DNA from: Calditrichia bacterium
GTDB lineage: Bacteria > Calditrichota > Calditrichia > JAJRVZ01
NCBI GenBank assembly: GCA_963796965.1
Contig: CAWCNS010000009.1
Location: 416,001 to 480,000 of the forward strand
Reading direction: 5' to 3'
Length of the DNA stretch: 64,000 nt
The notes under the pieces are model-generated. The model worked only from the letters and a program-made list of their open reading frames with translations, did not search any database and was not told the origin of the DNA. The translations under genes and the position numbers were made by a program. Of the stretch, positions 11,008-21,674 are shown piece after piece (position 1 is the first letter of the stretch; every line of letters begins with the position of its first letter).

Positions 11008-12837
11008 CTAGCCAATCTTCTTGATATATACCCAATAAGCACTTCTTGCCGTACCATCAGCATCAATAAACCATGTGGATAAATTAACCGGACCCTGGTT
11101 CAAATCAAGCGTAAAAATCACAGCAACTTCTGCGGGATCTATTTGTTTAGTGATGTCATGGATGCCTATTTTTATCCTTGCTTTCAGTGGATTTATCTGC
11201 ACAGCATCGTTTTCAAATTCAGCAATCGGGGCACCACTTCCCAGGTTTTTATAAGCATTGATCGGTTGGTTCAGTTCTCTGGGCCAGCGGCGTAATTCGA
11301 TTTCATACTTTCCTTTTATGGAAACACGTAGCGGCCATTTTCCATTAATTTGCCGGGCTCTGGCAGCCCCATCCTGCGACCATTCTGCCCTTTTTCCTTG
11401 TAGTGGAGTAACTCCTGCAAGGGTTAGATTGGTTACTGGTTGTTCTGGATGCTCCGATAATTACCCGGGCAATTTTTTCTGTAGAAGGTAAGATATTTGT
11501 CCAGTATTTTTCATAACTATCTTGCAGTTCCTTCACAATTTGCTGGATTATTTATCAGCAATATTATTTTTCTGACCGGGATCATTCAGAATATCATAAA
11601 GTTCATCTTTGTTCACCAATCGCCATTTGGAGGAAAGCACCGCTGACTTGCCCCACTTAGGAGGGGAGACATGATAACCGCCGGGTACACTTTGAGCCAT
11701 CTGCGTTATATAAATTCTGTCTTCCGGCCAGGATGAATGTTTCCCTCGCAGCAAGGGCTCAAAACTTAGGCCATCAAAAACAATATCCTTTTGCTGTTGT
11801 AATCCACATAGGTCGATTAATGTCGGTAATAAATCCATATGGGTCGTTAATTGATCGATTATTTTTCCAGCTGATAGATTTCCTTCTGGCCAGCGAATAA
11901 AAAGCGGAACCCGGTGACCACCTTCATAGGGACTGGCTTTACGTCCGCGCATGCCAGCATTATACTCTGAGACTCACAGTGCCATTATCGGTAAGAAAAA
12001 TAACAATCGTATTTTCAGACAGGTGCTGATCATCAAGGTAATCCAGTACCCGACCTATTTGTTCGTCGATCTTATCAATCGTACCGTAAAATCTTGCCAT
12101 ATCTGAATTTCGGTATGGTACTACCTCCGCTGGATTCTTTTGTGAAGGATCATATTTCTGTACATATTCAGGGGGAATATTCCAGGGACGATGAACAATA
12201 TTCATGGCCAGATACACAAAAAAGGGACCTTTCTTGTTTTTATTTATAAAATCCAGGGCATGATCTACAAATAGATCCGTTCCAAATCCTGAGGTTTTTA
12301 GGGGCTTGCCATTTAGAAAATAGGTATCATCAAAACGGTCATTATTCCAATAATCATCCGCTGCACCAATACCGGAATTACCCAGTGCCAGAGAGACATC
12401 AAATCCCCTAAAGTGAGGAGCAAAGGGATAATTATCTCCCAGATGCCATTTCCCAAAATGAGCAGTGGCATATCCATTTTCTTTAAATATCTCAGCCATG
12501 GTTGTTTCATCTTCAAACAACCAGTTTCTGCCGCCATAGGTATGCCATACGCCGGTTCGCAAGGCATAACGACCGGTCATCAATGCCGCCCGGGTGGGGG
12601 CACAATAGGGATCCACATGGAAATTTGTAAAGCGTACCCCTTCCTGTGCAATTCTATCCATATTAGGCGTTTGCAAAACGCGGATGTCCATTTATAGACA
12701 TATCTCCATATCCCTGATCATCCGTCATGATCAGGATGACATTTGGGTCGTTTTATTTCCGGTTGTGAGCATCCCACAAAAGGTAGATTACATTATAGTA
12801 CAAGCACAAATAGTATCAGGAAATTTATTCATTCCAT
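11008..12837 (-). CDS. Arylsulfatase family (Cys-type) with C-terminal extension; multiple frameshifts
   Basis: CAPTRAALMTG, GKWHLG, TDNG and EGGHRVP across ORFs 11960..12691, 11548..11952, 11345..11536 and 11008..11202. Confidence 0.88.
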
Positions 12838-12886
12838 AATTCTCCTCATTTCTCAAAGAAAGGCTGTATCTCAATAAAATTGCAGA

Positions 12887-15398
12887 TTATTTCCTGGCCT
12901 ATCGGTCCCTTTGAATGTGTGGGGCTGCTCCAATCAGATATGGTTAGAGTTGCTGTACTTGTTTTAGGACGAAAGACAATTCGGTAAAAATTAAACCAGG
13001 CGGGATTGTCCCGGTTATAAGGGCCCAGTTTATGGCTATAGTTACTGGGATAGACAAACCTGAAAACTATGATCCTTTACAATATCTACCTGCTCCAAAT
13101 TTATGGATAAGGCTAAGTTTTGTTTTTTATCCAGGTTATTTAAATCAGCTGCAATAAGTTTTAATGAATAGAGTCGGCCCGGTTCAAGTTTTTTAACTGT
13201 TTGGCGAATCCTGTTTGGTTTTTTTGCAGATCGTTTGAAAACGAACAAAATGATCACCATAATAGCTGCGCGGATAACGACCCTGCAGCCAACTATATCC
13301 GGGCATGGATTTGGCCTGAATACTCCCCTTTTTTGGCCGGTTTAATAGTCCAATTTTCTAATCCCTCTGCGAAATCCGGATTTTTCAAGTGAGATAGAAT
13401 ATAGGGATCATGGGTAAAGCGTGTGCGTTTTCCTTCGATACAATAATGACGAAACAAGCGATGGGCCCAGCGAAGGAGTTCTTCATCGGCATAACTGGAT
13501 AAATATTCCTGAATACCATATAAGTCGTGAAAGGTCGGATCTGTTGCCAGCAAGTGGAATTGCATATCCATAAAAACACGATAATCAACGTTAGGATACC
13601 TGCTGAGTGTTTCTGTAGGATCAGTGAGATATCCTAAGGTGATGATTGCGTTTTCTTCACTGCCCGGCAGATTTCTCTTAGTGTTTTTGTAGGCATAGGT
13701 GAGTTCATCAGATAAAAGAGCATAAGCCTCTGCTTCCGTTGGCTGTTCAGGCAAATATCGTTCAAGGGCAATATTTACCTTTCAGTTCAAATAGTTTTTT
13801 TCCAAAAGGAATGGCTGGTGCATTAGGTGCATAAAAAATATCATTACAATAGGCATAAAAAACCTTGTTAGAAAAATCTGGATTCTGATAGAGGGATGAT
13901 AACGCTTCTGTCCATACCAAATAATGATCAGCATTAGCCCCGGCAAGAAACTCATCTACAATAATACCTCCAAAGCGGGGATTAGTGGTACCAGGACTTT
14001 TTGACCAGACGGCATATACTTCTTCGGGCGATGCAGGCTGCTTTTTTACCCAATCCGGGCAAGCTGGAATGTACAATCCAGCGGCGGCCCTCCTTGGCCC
14101 ATTGCTCAAGCTCCGTTTCTGCCAGAGAACCGGCAGATGTCACAATGGTATTAACATTGGATAAGACATGTTTGGTGAGATAGGTCCAGTCATATGTACC
14201 ATAAGGGGTAATGTGCGGACTCGAGGGATGATCACTGTAAATAATCTCAGGAATTCGCCGAACGATTACCTCCCCAGTCACACCTTCTTTCATAGTTAGC
14301 ACATGCTCTCCTGCAGCCAAAAATTGCATCGCTTCAAAAGCTCCCGAAGCGGGATTTTTTCGGAATACTAATGATTTAGAATTGTTATCGAGATTTGCAT
14401 GGGGAGATGAGGCATTTTGAGATGTGGATTTTACAGAAAAGAATATCCAGCTATCCCGCGAATTACTGAAGGTAAAATCTGTATCATTTTTGATTTTAGT
14501 ATTTGTATGAACAAGTTCATCCACAAAATTATTGAGTTGCCGTATGCCATCTTGATCAGGACCTGACGGTTGGGAAATCCAGGTAATTTCTTTTGACAAG
14601 GAGAGAAGGATTTCGTTTTGATCATCGGTGATATCGCCTGTTACAAGGTAATTTTTATTTATTTGCTCTTTCGGAACAGGTATTTTACTTAATACAACAG
14701 TATTTTCTCCGTCCATTTGTACGGTGTGCTCTGCAACTATTGAGTTATTTTGCTGATCCTGAATCTTAATCCGTATTTTATTCCCGCGAGACTCATTTCC
14801 CATGCATGAAGAATTGAAATTAACCCAGATCTCATTCATTCCATACATTAGGAAAGTTGTTAAGATGGAGAGGTTTTCAACCTCACTTTTATCCCTGCTT
14901 AGTTTAACTGGCAAATGCCATAATCCACCACTGCTTCCCCAATCATTTACCTGTATGGCAATAAGATTGGATTCCCCGAAGTTTAAATATCTACTCACTT
15001 CAGTAACCGTTGTGCTGAATGCCATCGTCATGGTGTTCTGATCGCCAAAAACATTTACTTTATTGCCATTTACAAAAAGCGTATAGGCATCGTTCACCCC
15101 ACCCAATATCAGCCAGGTATAGTCATTTTTCCATTCACGTTGGAATATCAATTACTTTTCTATACCAGGCCAGCGAATCAACATCCGGATAGCCCTGATC
15201 TTCCCATCGTTTTCCGGCATCGATAGTGGCCCAGTGCGAATCATCAAATTGACGCGTATGCCAGTTTTCTGATATACCGATATTTTTGTCATCCGGAGAA
15301 AAGCGCCAATCTTCCCACATATCTATGGTTTGTGGTGCGTCAACAGTTTGGCAGGAATTGATTCCCAAAAGGCAAAAAAGGATAAAGATTAATCTCAT
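12887..15398 (-). CDS. Large secreted protein with an N-terminal GH2-type sugar-binding (galactose-binding-like) domain; multiple frameshifts
   Basis: WRFSPD..WEDQGY..AWYRK and LGGVND..VNG..GGLW motifs; lipoprotein-like signal; collinear ORF pieces down to 12887. Confidence 0.7.
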
Positions 15399-15440
15399 CT
15401 TCTTATCGTCTCCATCTAAGTTTGTTTGATCTATTCATAG

Positions 15441-15578
15441 CGCAGCAATGCTGTAATCAAAGACAAAAAGAATAATTAACCACCGAGTACACCGAAACAC
15501 GACCAAATATTTTTAGGATTTTATAAATTTTGTTTAGGTGATATTCGGTGAATTCGGTGGTTAAAAATCTTTGCGATC
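15441..15578. repeat. Intergenic inverted-repeat module (CACCGA type), copy 1
   Basis: aaccaccgagtacaccgaaa ... ttcggtgaattcggtggttaaaaatctttgcgatc; same element at 41847-41960. Confidence 0.8.
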
Positions 15579-15602
15579 TTCTCGAGAAATGGATCATATC
15601 TG

Positions 15603-16290
15603 TTAATAAACCCAGGGTATAAGTTTCTTCGTTTTTGTTGCATAGTTTTTAAATTCTTCACCATATTTTTTTTCAAGATAGTTATCAAGTCGTGGAATAA
15701 TAAAAAAGACAAAATTTAAGGCCATTATCAATGGTATCACGAGTAAAGAAAACCGCATTGTAATCAGGGCAAAACCTGTAAACAAAACGATATCCCCAAA
15801 ATAGTTAATATGCATGGCGTATTTAAATAATCCTTCCGTGTAAAGCCTCCCTTTATTTGCTTCCTGCTTTTTCCATTTATACCTGGTGTATTCAGAAAAA
15901 GTGTTTAGCCAGGAACCAAAAAGATAGATAATAATAATCAAATAATCCAAAACACCTATTGGCTGATGACTATTACCACCTACCTTGGCAAATGCAAACA
16001 AAGCAAAAGTCATCAAGCCGGAAACCAGCAGCATTTCACTCCAGGCCATTTTGCGTTTCAGGAAAACAAATACAGTAACGAATTAACCGCAAATCATAAA
16101 TAACCAGAAAAGACATTAAAATAACCTGACGGGCATGATTACCATTTATAACGTAAGGTTTTAACCATGAAACTAAATTGCTTTCCTCTATAAACATCAA
16201 GTATCCGGATAGAAAGCTGACCATCAAAATTGTGGCTATAAATACAAGTTTGGGAAAAAGTGAAAAATCATACTCGTCTTTAAATAGCAT
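15603..16290 (-). CDS. DUF1295 / steroid 5-alpha-reductase-like membrane protein (frameshift near 16060)
   Basis: GRLYTEGLFKYAMHINYFGD and KLIPWVY; multi-TM. Confidence 0.82.
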
Positions 16291-16550
16291 TATAACCTCA
16301 TATTTGATAATCCACTCCGCAATAGTGAATAGTATCACCATAGAATAGAGAGGATTATAGCATTTACGGCCAGAGAAAACACCAGGATTCTAGCAAATAT
16401 TCGTAATATCTGGTTTATCCCCAATAAACTACAAATAGTCATAGATCAAAAAGAAAGCAGGGGTAGAAATATAATTATTTAAAAAGAATCAATAATTAGA
16501 ATGCATATCCGATTGAAATCTCTCCGTAAAACGGGTCTATAAATGTATAT

Positions 16551-17651
16551 TCATTTATCATATATTTTCTTTAGGCTCGCCCTGGGTTCGCGATAACGTC
16601 CCCAAAAATGGGTCAATGTGGTATGTGTAAAAAACCAGTTAATCCAGGGAATTTGAATCAGTAAAAAAAATATATAATAGGATATAAAAATAGCAGGATA
16701 AAAATATAACAAATTTAAAAATTCTCTGAAAAGACTGCCTTCAAGCGCCCGGATACCCGGGATATAGGCATCCAGCAAGGTAAACAGGTAGGCAGAAATC
16801 GGAATTGCACTAATAAAGTATAAGATTACCCCCCAAGAATGACCAGCCTCAATAGCCCCATGAGGACAAAAAGCAGCACATCGCATACAACTCTCACAAT
16901 TATACTTCCAGAATGGTGTCGGTTTTTTTCTACCCCACATTTTAATTGCTTTGACACTACAATTATCAGCACAAAGAGCGCATCCATTACAATTTTTATT
17001 GGCGAAAAAGAGTTTTGCCAGAAAAAAGCGTCCGGCAAAAAGATAGGCCACTGATATGGGTGAGAGCAAAAGGCCCCAGATGAGTTCGTAAAGATTATTT
17101 AATGTTAACCAGACCCTTCTACCCTGGACGATTTTTTCCATAAAACGGTTTACACTATTTTCCCCGCGGTCTATGATTGCCTCATGGCTTTTCAGGGATT
17201 GAATTGGATGCAGTGAAAACCAATTTGAGGGCATATCCACACTGAGGGCGCCCTGTAGTTTATATCCTTTGAACATCAGGATCAATGCAACAATAAATGT
17301 GGCAGTACCACTGATACCCGGTGGATACACTTGTCCGAATTTTAAACCTGCACGAGCAGCAATACAGATTGCCTCTGTACCATTTCCTCTGGGGAGACGC
17401 CAGGCAAACTTTAAAATGTGCCAGGGAGCGGTAAAACCATGTGTGGGAAATACAATTCCAATCAAATCTTTAGTCTCACGGGATATATCTTCAGGCTGCC
17501 GGTAGGTATCAATTGATTTAATTTCTGCATTAATACCTTTAGTTTTAACAACCTTTTCAAGCCAGCGAGAAATTCGGTATGAATTGCCGGTACCACTCCA
17601 AAAGTATATCAGGGCACGGTCATATATATTTTGAGTTATCATTCTTATCAA
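16551..17651 (-). CDS. EFR1-family flavodoxin-ferredoxin fusion with C-terminal TM segments
   Basis: YFWSGTGNS, FPTHGF, CNGCALCADNC, CESCMRCAAFCP. Confidence 0.88.
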   Translation of the reverse strand: MIRMITQNIYDRALIYFWSGTGNSYRISRWLEKVVKTKGINAEIKSIDTYRQPEDISRETKDLIGIVFPTHGFTAPWHILKFAWRLPRGNGTEAICIAARAGLKFGQVYPPGISGTATFIVALILMFKGYKLQGALSVDMPSNWFSLHPIQSLKSHEAIIDRGENSVNRFMEKIVQGRRVWLTLNNLYELIWGLLLSPISVAYLFAGRFFLAKLFFANKNCNGCALCADNCSVKAIKMWGRKKPTPFWKYNCESCMRCAAFCPHGAIEAGHSWGVILYFISAIPISAYLFTLLDAYIPGIRALEGSLFREFLNLLYFYPAIFISYYIFFLLIQIPWINWFFTHTTLTHFWGRYREPRASLKKIYDK

Positions 17652-17804
17652 GACCTATATCAGGATATACGTTCAATAACTAGGCAGCCCATATGCTTAG
17701 ATACTACACTACAAAATCTTTCCATAATAAACCATGATTTTTTTTCTTTTGCCTTCGGCGGATCATTCGCAAGCTGGCGAATAACAAGAAAATCAGTAAA
17801 AGAA

Positions 17805-18677
17805 TTAAACTAGTCCCTGATCCTCTTCCTCTTGGACTATTTTTGAATAGTAATCAGCGAGATGATGATGGCCCGTTTGAGGTGCAATCATATCCATAGT
17901 CATTACTGTCATAAAAAACTCAATCGGTCCATAAGTTTTTTGCCCGCTAAATAAACGCACCAATTTGAGCACCACATTTCTGATCCAAAGGGGAATGTGA
18001 ATAATTTTCTCCTTTTGCCCTGTAGCGGTAAAAGCCAGTTGTGCCATCTGATTTTGTGTGAGCAGATTTGGTCCACCGACTTCCAACTCTCTTACATCAT
18101 TGTCTAAATTCTGGACAATGAACGCTGCCAAATCCTGACCATGAATCGGATTACCCTTGAATTCCCCATCTCCAAACAGGTATACAGTACCATTCCTGGC
18201 CATATTTAAAAATTCGGTCATATCTGAGAAAAAGCCATTGGGACGGATAATGATATATTCCATTCCCGATATTTTTAGTTCTTCCTCAAATCGCGCTTTT
18301 GCCTGAATAATCTTTAAATCTGAGATGAGATGCACATTCAGTACTGAAATGTAAATAAATTTCTCTGTGCCGCTTCTTTTGGCTTCTCGCAGCAGATTGA
18401 GATTGGCCTGGTAATCCACATCCATATAGGTAAGGCCATCCTTTTGCTTTGTAATCCCTATAGATGAGATAACAAGATCAATATCATCACATATACCTTT
18501 AAGATTTTCAGGACTGGTAGCCTCGCCTTCAAAGATATTATCTATATGATCTTTTAAGGTACCAAGTTTTTTACTATTCCTTGCTAATGCCCGGATCCAG
18601 TGACCTTGTCCTTTGAGTTCTTTTATAAGAAAACGTCCCAAATAACCCGTCGCACCCGCAACTAGTACACGTCTCAT
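17805..18677 (-). CDS. NAD(P)H-binding atypical SDR (NmrA-like) oxidoreductase
   Basis: VLVAGATGYLG, VDYQANLNLL, IIRPNGFF. Confidence 0.9.
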   Translation of the reverse strand: MRRVLVAGATGYLGRFLIKELKGQGHWIRALARNSKKLGTLKDHIDNIFEGEATSPENLKGICDDIDLVISSIGITKQKDGLTYMDVDYQANLNLLREAKRSGTEKFIYISVLNVHLISDLKIIQAKARFEEELKISGMEYIIIRPNGFFSDMTEFLNMARNGTVYLFGDGEFKGNPIHGQDLAAFIVQNLDNDVRELEVGGPNLLTQNQMAQLAFTATGQKEKIIHIPLWIRNVVLKLVRLFSGQKTYGPIEFFMTVMTMDMIAPQTGHHHLADYYSKIVQEEEDQGLV

Positions 18678-18727
18678 ATTTTATTCTCCTCTCTCTTCGC
18701 TCATCTCTTTATGTTTTTACTCTTTTT

Positions 18728-18928
18728 CAACGCGGAGACCCCAGAGAACGCCGAGCAGCGCAGAGATTAAAACTAAATTTAAAAATATCTTTGCGATCTA
18801 TGCGTTCTCTGCGTTTTGGTCTCATTTTTCTTAGGGCATCCCAACGACCTAACTTCATTTTGCGCTTGACATTGATTGCAAATCCCTGTTTGGCGGGACA
18901 ATGGGCAGACACATGGGTCTGCCCATTG
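18728..18928. repeat. CGCAGAG-type inverted arms plus a REP-like hairpin
   Basis: cgccgagcagcgcagag ... ctttgcgatctatgcgttctctgcg; perfect hairpin caatgggcagac-acatgg-gtctgcccattg at 18899-18928. Confidence 0.75.
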
Positions 18929-18995
18929 AACATTGAATGTTGATTATTGATTATTGGATATTAAAATCCTTTTCTCTACTCTTTCATCTCTTTTC

Positions 18996-19937
18996 TTATT
19001 CCAGATATCCCATTAGCGAATCAAAATTCGGTGTTTCAACCTTTGTTTGGTCTCTTAATGATCTAAATTCATGGGCTAACATCATCATCTCATCCTGCGC
19101 TGCATTAACATGCATCATCATCGCCACTTCAGCAAACTTTGAATCGAAAACCTTTTGCAGAATTTTAATGATCATACTTTCAGGCATCCAGTAAAACAGC
19201 TTTAGTTTGATATTATAGCTCTTTCTATATCCCAGGGACTTCAAAACATTACCCCCTTCTTTGACAGCCCTGATATACATTCGAATCGTCTCCATATCCT
19301 CTGCCAATTTATAATTATCACCACTTTTCAATAGGGCGCCGGCAATGGGTAATACAAAAACCACATGATATTTTAACCAGCTATCTATATCTTCAACAAA
19401 CCTCACAGGAACATCCGCACTTTCAAACAATTGTATTATCTGCCTGGTTCTAGCTTTAATTATGCCATCAATTTCACCAATCGTGATCGGTAATCGTTTA
19501 CCTCCCGGTTTTTCCGTATCAATATAATGAACCACATGATCAATACGCGACCCACCGCCACCGGGAAAACCAAACAATACTTTTTCTTCTGGCAGTAACT
19601 TCAGGTATTCATCGAAGCCCAATGTATTATTACCCATAAAGAGAATATTTTGAATATTCCTATTTTTACTCAAAACAGGAAGTATATTTTTAATACTGTT
19701 CTTTCTCATTAAGACAATAACAAGGTCATAATTATCTTCTTCCCCTAACGTATTGACCACATTAACTTTTTCAATCATTTTCTCCTGAGTAAATTCATTG
19801 AGTAGAACAATACCATTTTCTTTTAAAAAATTGAAGTGTTCATTTCTGGCTAATATGGTCACATCATTTCCTGCTTGATGAAGCAGACTGGTATATAAAC
19901 TTCCCAACGGTCCGGCACCTATGACTAATGTTTTCAT
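18996..19937 (-). CDS. Ketopantoate reductase (PanE/ApbA) family oxidoreductase
   Basis: VIGAGPLGS Rossmann motif, LFMGNN, GFPGGGG, WLKYH. Confidence 0.85.
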   Translation of the reverse strand: MKTLVIGAGPLGSLYTSLLHQAGNDVTILARNEHFNFLKENGIVLLNEFTQEKMIEKVNVVNTLGEEDNYDLVIVLMRKNSIKNILPVLSKNRNIQNILFMGNNTLGFDEYLKLLPEEKVLFGFPGGGGSRIDHVVHYIDTEKPGGKRLPITIGEIDGIIKARTRQIIQLFESADVPVRFVEDIDSWLKYHVVFVLPIAGALLKSGDNYKLAEDMETIRMYIRAVKEGGNVLKSLGYRKSYNIKLKLFYWMPESMIIKILQKVFDSKFAEVAMMMHVNAAQDEMMMLAHEFRSLRDQTKVETPNFDSLMGYLE

Positions 19938-20129
19938 ATTATCTCCTGATCCTCTGCATGAATAGAATTTACCACAGAGTAATTGAATTATTTCTAATAT
20001 CTTACTTATTTCTTATAAGTTTTTCTCTGCGTTCTCTGTGGTTTCATTCTTACATTGTAAAGCCTGTTACACAATTACTTTCGAATTGATAAAGTTTAAT
20101 TGGAAAATGAATTATCAGTTTGGTTTTAA

Positions 20130-20978
20130 TTATTTTCCCAGTTTTTCAATCCTTTTTAAAATTATCCAATCTAAAAGACTTTTGGGTAATTTGGCTGCTT
20201 TAGCTGCCCCTTTGGCATCGGGTCCTACCATGTAACATCGCCTGGGTTTTTTAGCATTGAGGGCCTGTGTAACTGATTTCGCCACTTCATCAGCAGGGAT
20301 TTTTTTTATTGTTTCATTGAGCCGATCACCAAATTTCCTGAGCGTTGTATATAATTCAGCAATCTCGGGTTTTACTGATTTACGCATTTCTTCTTTATAC
20401 ACCTGTCCTTTTTCCCAAATCGCACTTTCTATTGCTCCAGGTGCCACCAAAACCACTTCCATTCCAAACGACCTTAATTCTAGACGCAATGAGTCTGTTA
20501 TTGCCCTTACGGCAAATTTTGAAGCAGCATAGGCACTTGCACCCGGAAAAGCTAAAAAACTGGATGTGGACCCTATATTAATGATCCGACCTTTTCCTTC
20601 ACGTAGTATGGGAAGAAAAGCCTGCGTTATGGCGATTAATCCTATAACATTGACTTCCATAAGCTTTCGAACTTCAGCTATTGATACGACTTCTAAAACA
20701 CCGCCCCGTCCTATACCGGCGTTATTAATAAGACCATATACCTTACCACCTGTTTCGTTTTTAATTAAACCGACCGCTGTCTGTATTGATTCTGGATCGG
20801 TGATATCTAAAATCACTGGCCTCAGATTTGGTGATGCTTCTTTTTTCAAATTATCACCATCAGTTTGATTGCGTACGCCTGCATAGATTTTAAATCCTAA
20901 CCTATCCAGATGGAGTGCACAGGCTTTGCCAATACCTGTTGATGTTCCGGTTATTACAATAGCTTTATTGTTTTTCAT
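20130..20978 (-). CDS. Classical SDR oxidoreductase (17-beta-HSD/retinol dehydrogenase-like)
   Basis: TGTSTGIG, LINNAG, YAASK. Confidence 0.93.
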   Translation of the reverse strand: MKNNKAIVITGTSTGIGKACALHLDRLGFKIYAGVRNQTDGDNLKKEASPNLRPVILDITDPESIQTAVGLIKNETGGKVYGLINNAGIGRGGVLEVVSIAEVRKLMEVNVIGLIAITQAFLPILREGKGRIINIGSTSSFLAFPGASAYAASKFAVRAITDSLRLELRSFGMEVVLVAPGAIESAIWEKGQVYKEEMRKSVKPEIAELYTTLRKFGDRLNETIKKIPADEVAKSVTQALNAKKPRRCYMVGPDAKGAAKAAKLPKSLLDWIILKRIEKLGK

Positions 20979-21011
20979 ATTTCTACTCCTTGATTATTTA
21001 TAGCAAAGAAT

Positions 21012-21296
21012 TTAATCATTGAACATTTCCACCCAAACGTTATGATTAATTAATCCATAGTCTTTAAATGCGGCTGCCAATCTTAGACCCAGTGGACTGC
21101 CGTTGGCTTCAACATACTGGGAATCATGGTGTAAGTGAATGCAAAAGTCGGTATCTACCGATTTATGGCTATATGCGCTCATTCTGCATTCATCGCTACT
21201 TTTATCCAATTCTTCAATTAATTTTTTTAACTCCCGATCCAGGATATGCCTATTCGCATTCACCGAGCGCAACTCTATAATCTCTAACCATTTCAT
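21012..21296 (-). CDS. Small hypothetical protein (94 aa, MKWLEIIELRS...)
   Basis: AAGGAAG upstream of ATG 21296; the ORF-track N-terminal extension is repeat-derived. Confidence 0.75.
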   Translation of the reverse strand: MKWLEIIELRSVNANRHILDRELKKLIEELDKSSDECRMSAYSHKSVDTDFCIHLHHDSQYVEANGSPLGLRLAAAFKDYGLINHNVWVEMFND

Positions 21297-21517
21297 GCTA
21301 CTTCCTTTTGATTTTATGGGTAGTATAAAAAGATAACCACCCCGTACCAGTCTGGATCCACCAGCCTCCACGGGACAGGCAGAGGACACGGAGTAATCAC
21401 TTAATATTTATTGAGTTAATCGCATTTACTATTGCCTTCTCTGAGGTCTCTGTGGTTTCATTATTGTCATGATTTTTTTCATTAACATTTTATTGTCCTA
21501 TCGCTCTATAAATGAGG

Positions 21518-21535
21518 ATGCCAATTGCATGCCAA
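21518..21535 (-). promoter_or_regulatory. Sigma54 (-24/-12) promoter
   Basis: Minus strand TTGGCATGCAATTGGCAT fits GG-N10-GC; adjacent to a bEBP gene and pointing into the oxidoreductase cluster. Confidence 0.7.
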
Positions 21536-21583
21536 TCATATAACTACAATAATATCAAGTACATGTGAATACCACCTATTCAA

Positions 21584-21627
21584 TAATTGCCGTATATGAT
21601 AATAATTATTGCCATATACGGCAATTA
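21584..21627. promoter_or_regulatory. Palindromic enhancer (UAS) for the sigma54 activator
   Basis: Perfect 15-bp arms TAATTGCCGTATATG / CATATACGGCAATTA; contains two TTGCC-N6-G(G/A)(C/T)AA sites about 80-115 bp upstream of the predicted start of transcription. Confidence 0.7.
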
Positions 21628-21674
21628 ATTGTATTTTTACCAAATATGACACTTTTTTAAAATGGGAATGTGAA

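Noticed and set aside
11008..15398. Programmed frameshifting or stop-codon recoding explaining the split genes
   Set aside because: Multiple breaks per gene across unrelated families, no shared slippery motif, and no in-frame stop read-through pattern.
16292..16550. Small membrane ORF or degraded copy of the EFR1 3' end
   Set aside because: Stops in all minus-strand frames; the similarity is short and AT-rich.
18727..18933. Short ORFs over repeat clusters (also 10866..11066, 50850..51077, and the N-terminal extensions of 21012..21389, 27338.., 42553..42993 and 53036..53659)
   Set aside because: They translate repeat arms (LCVLCG, ACPVE, LCASA-type peptides), and better downstream starts with RBS exist for the extended genes.
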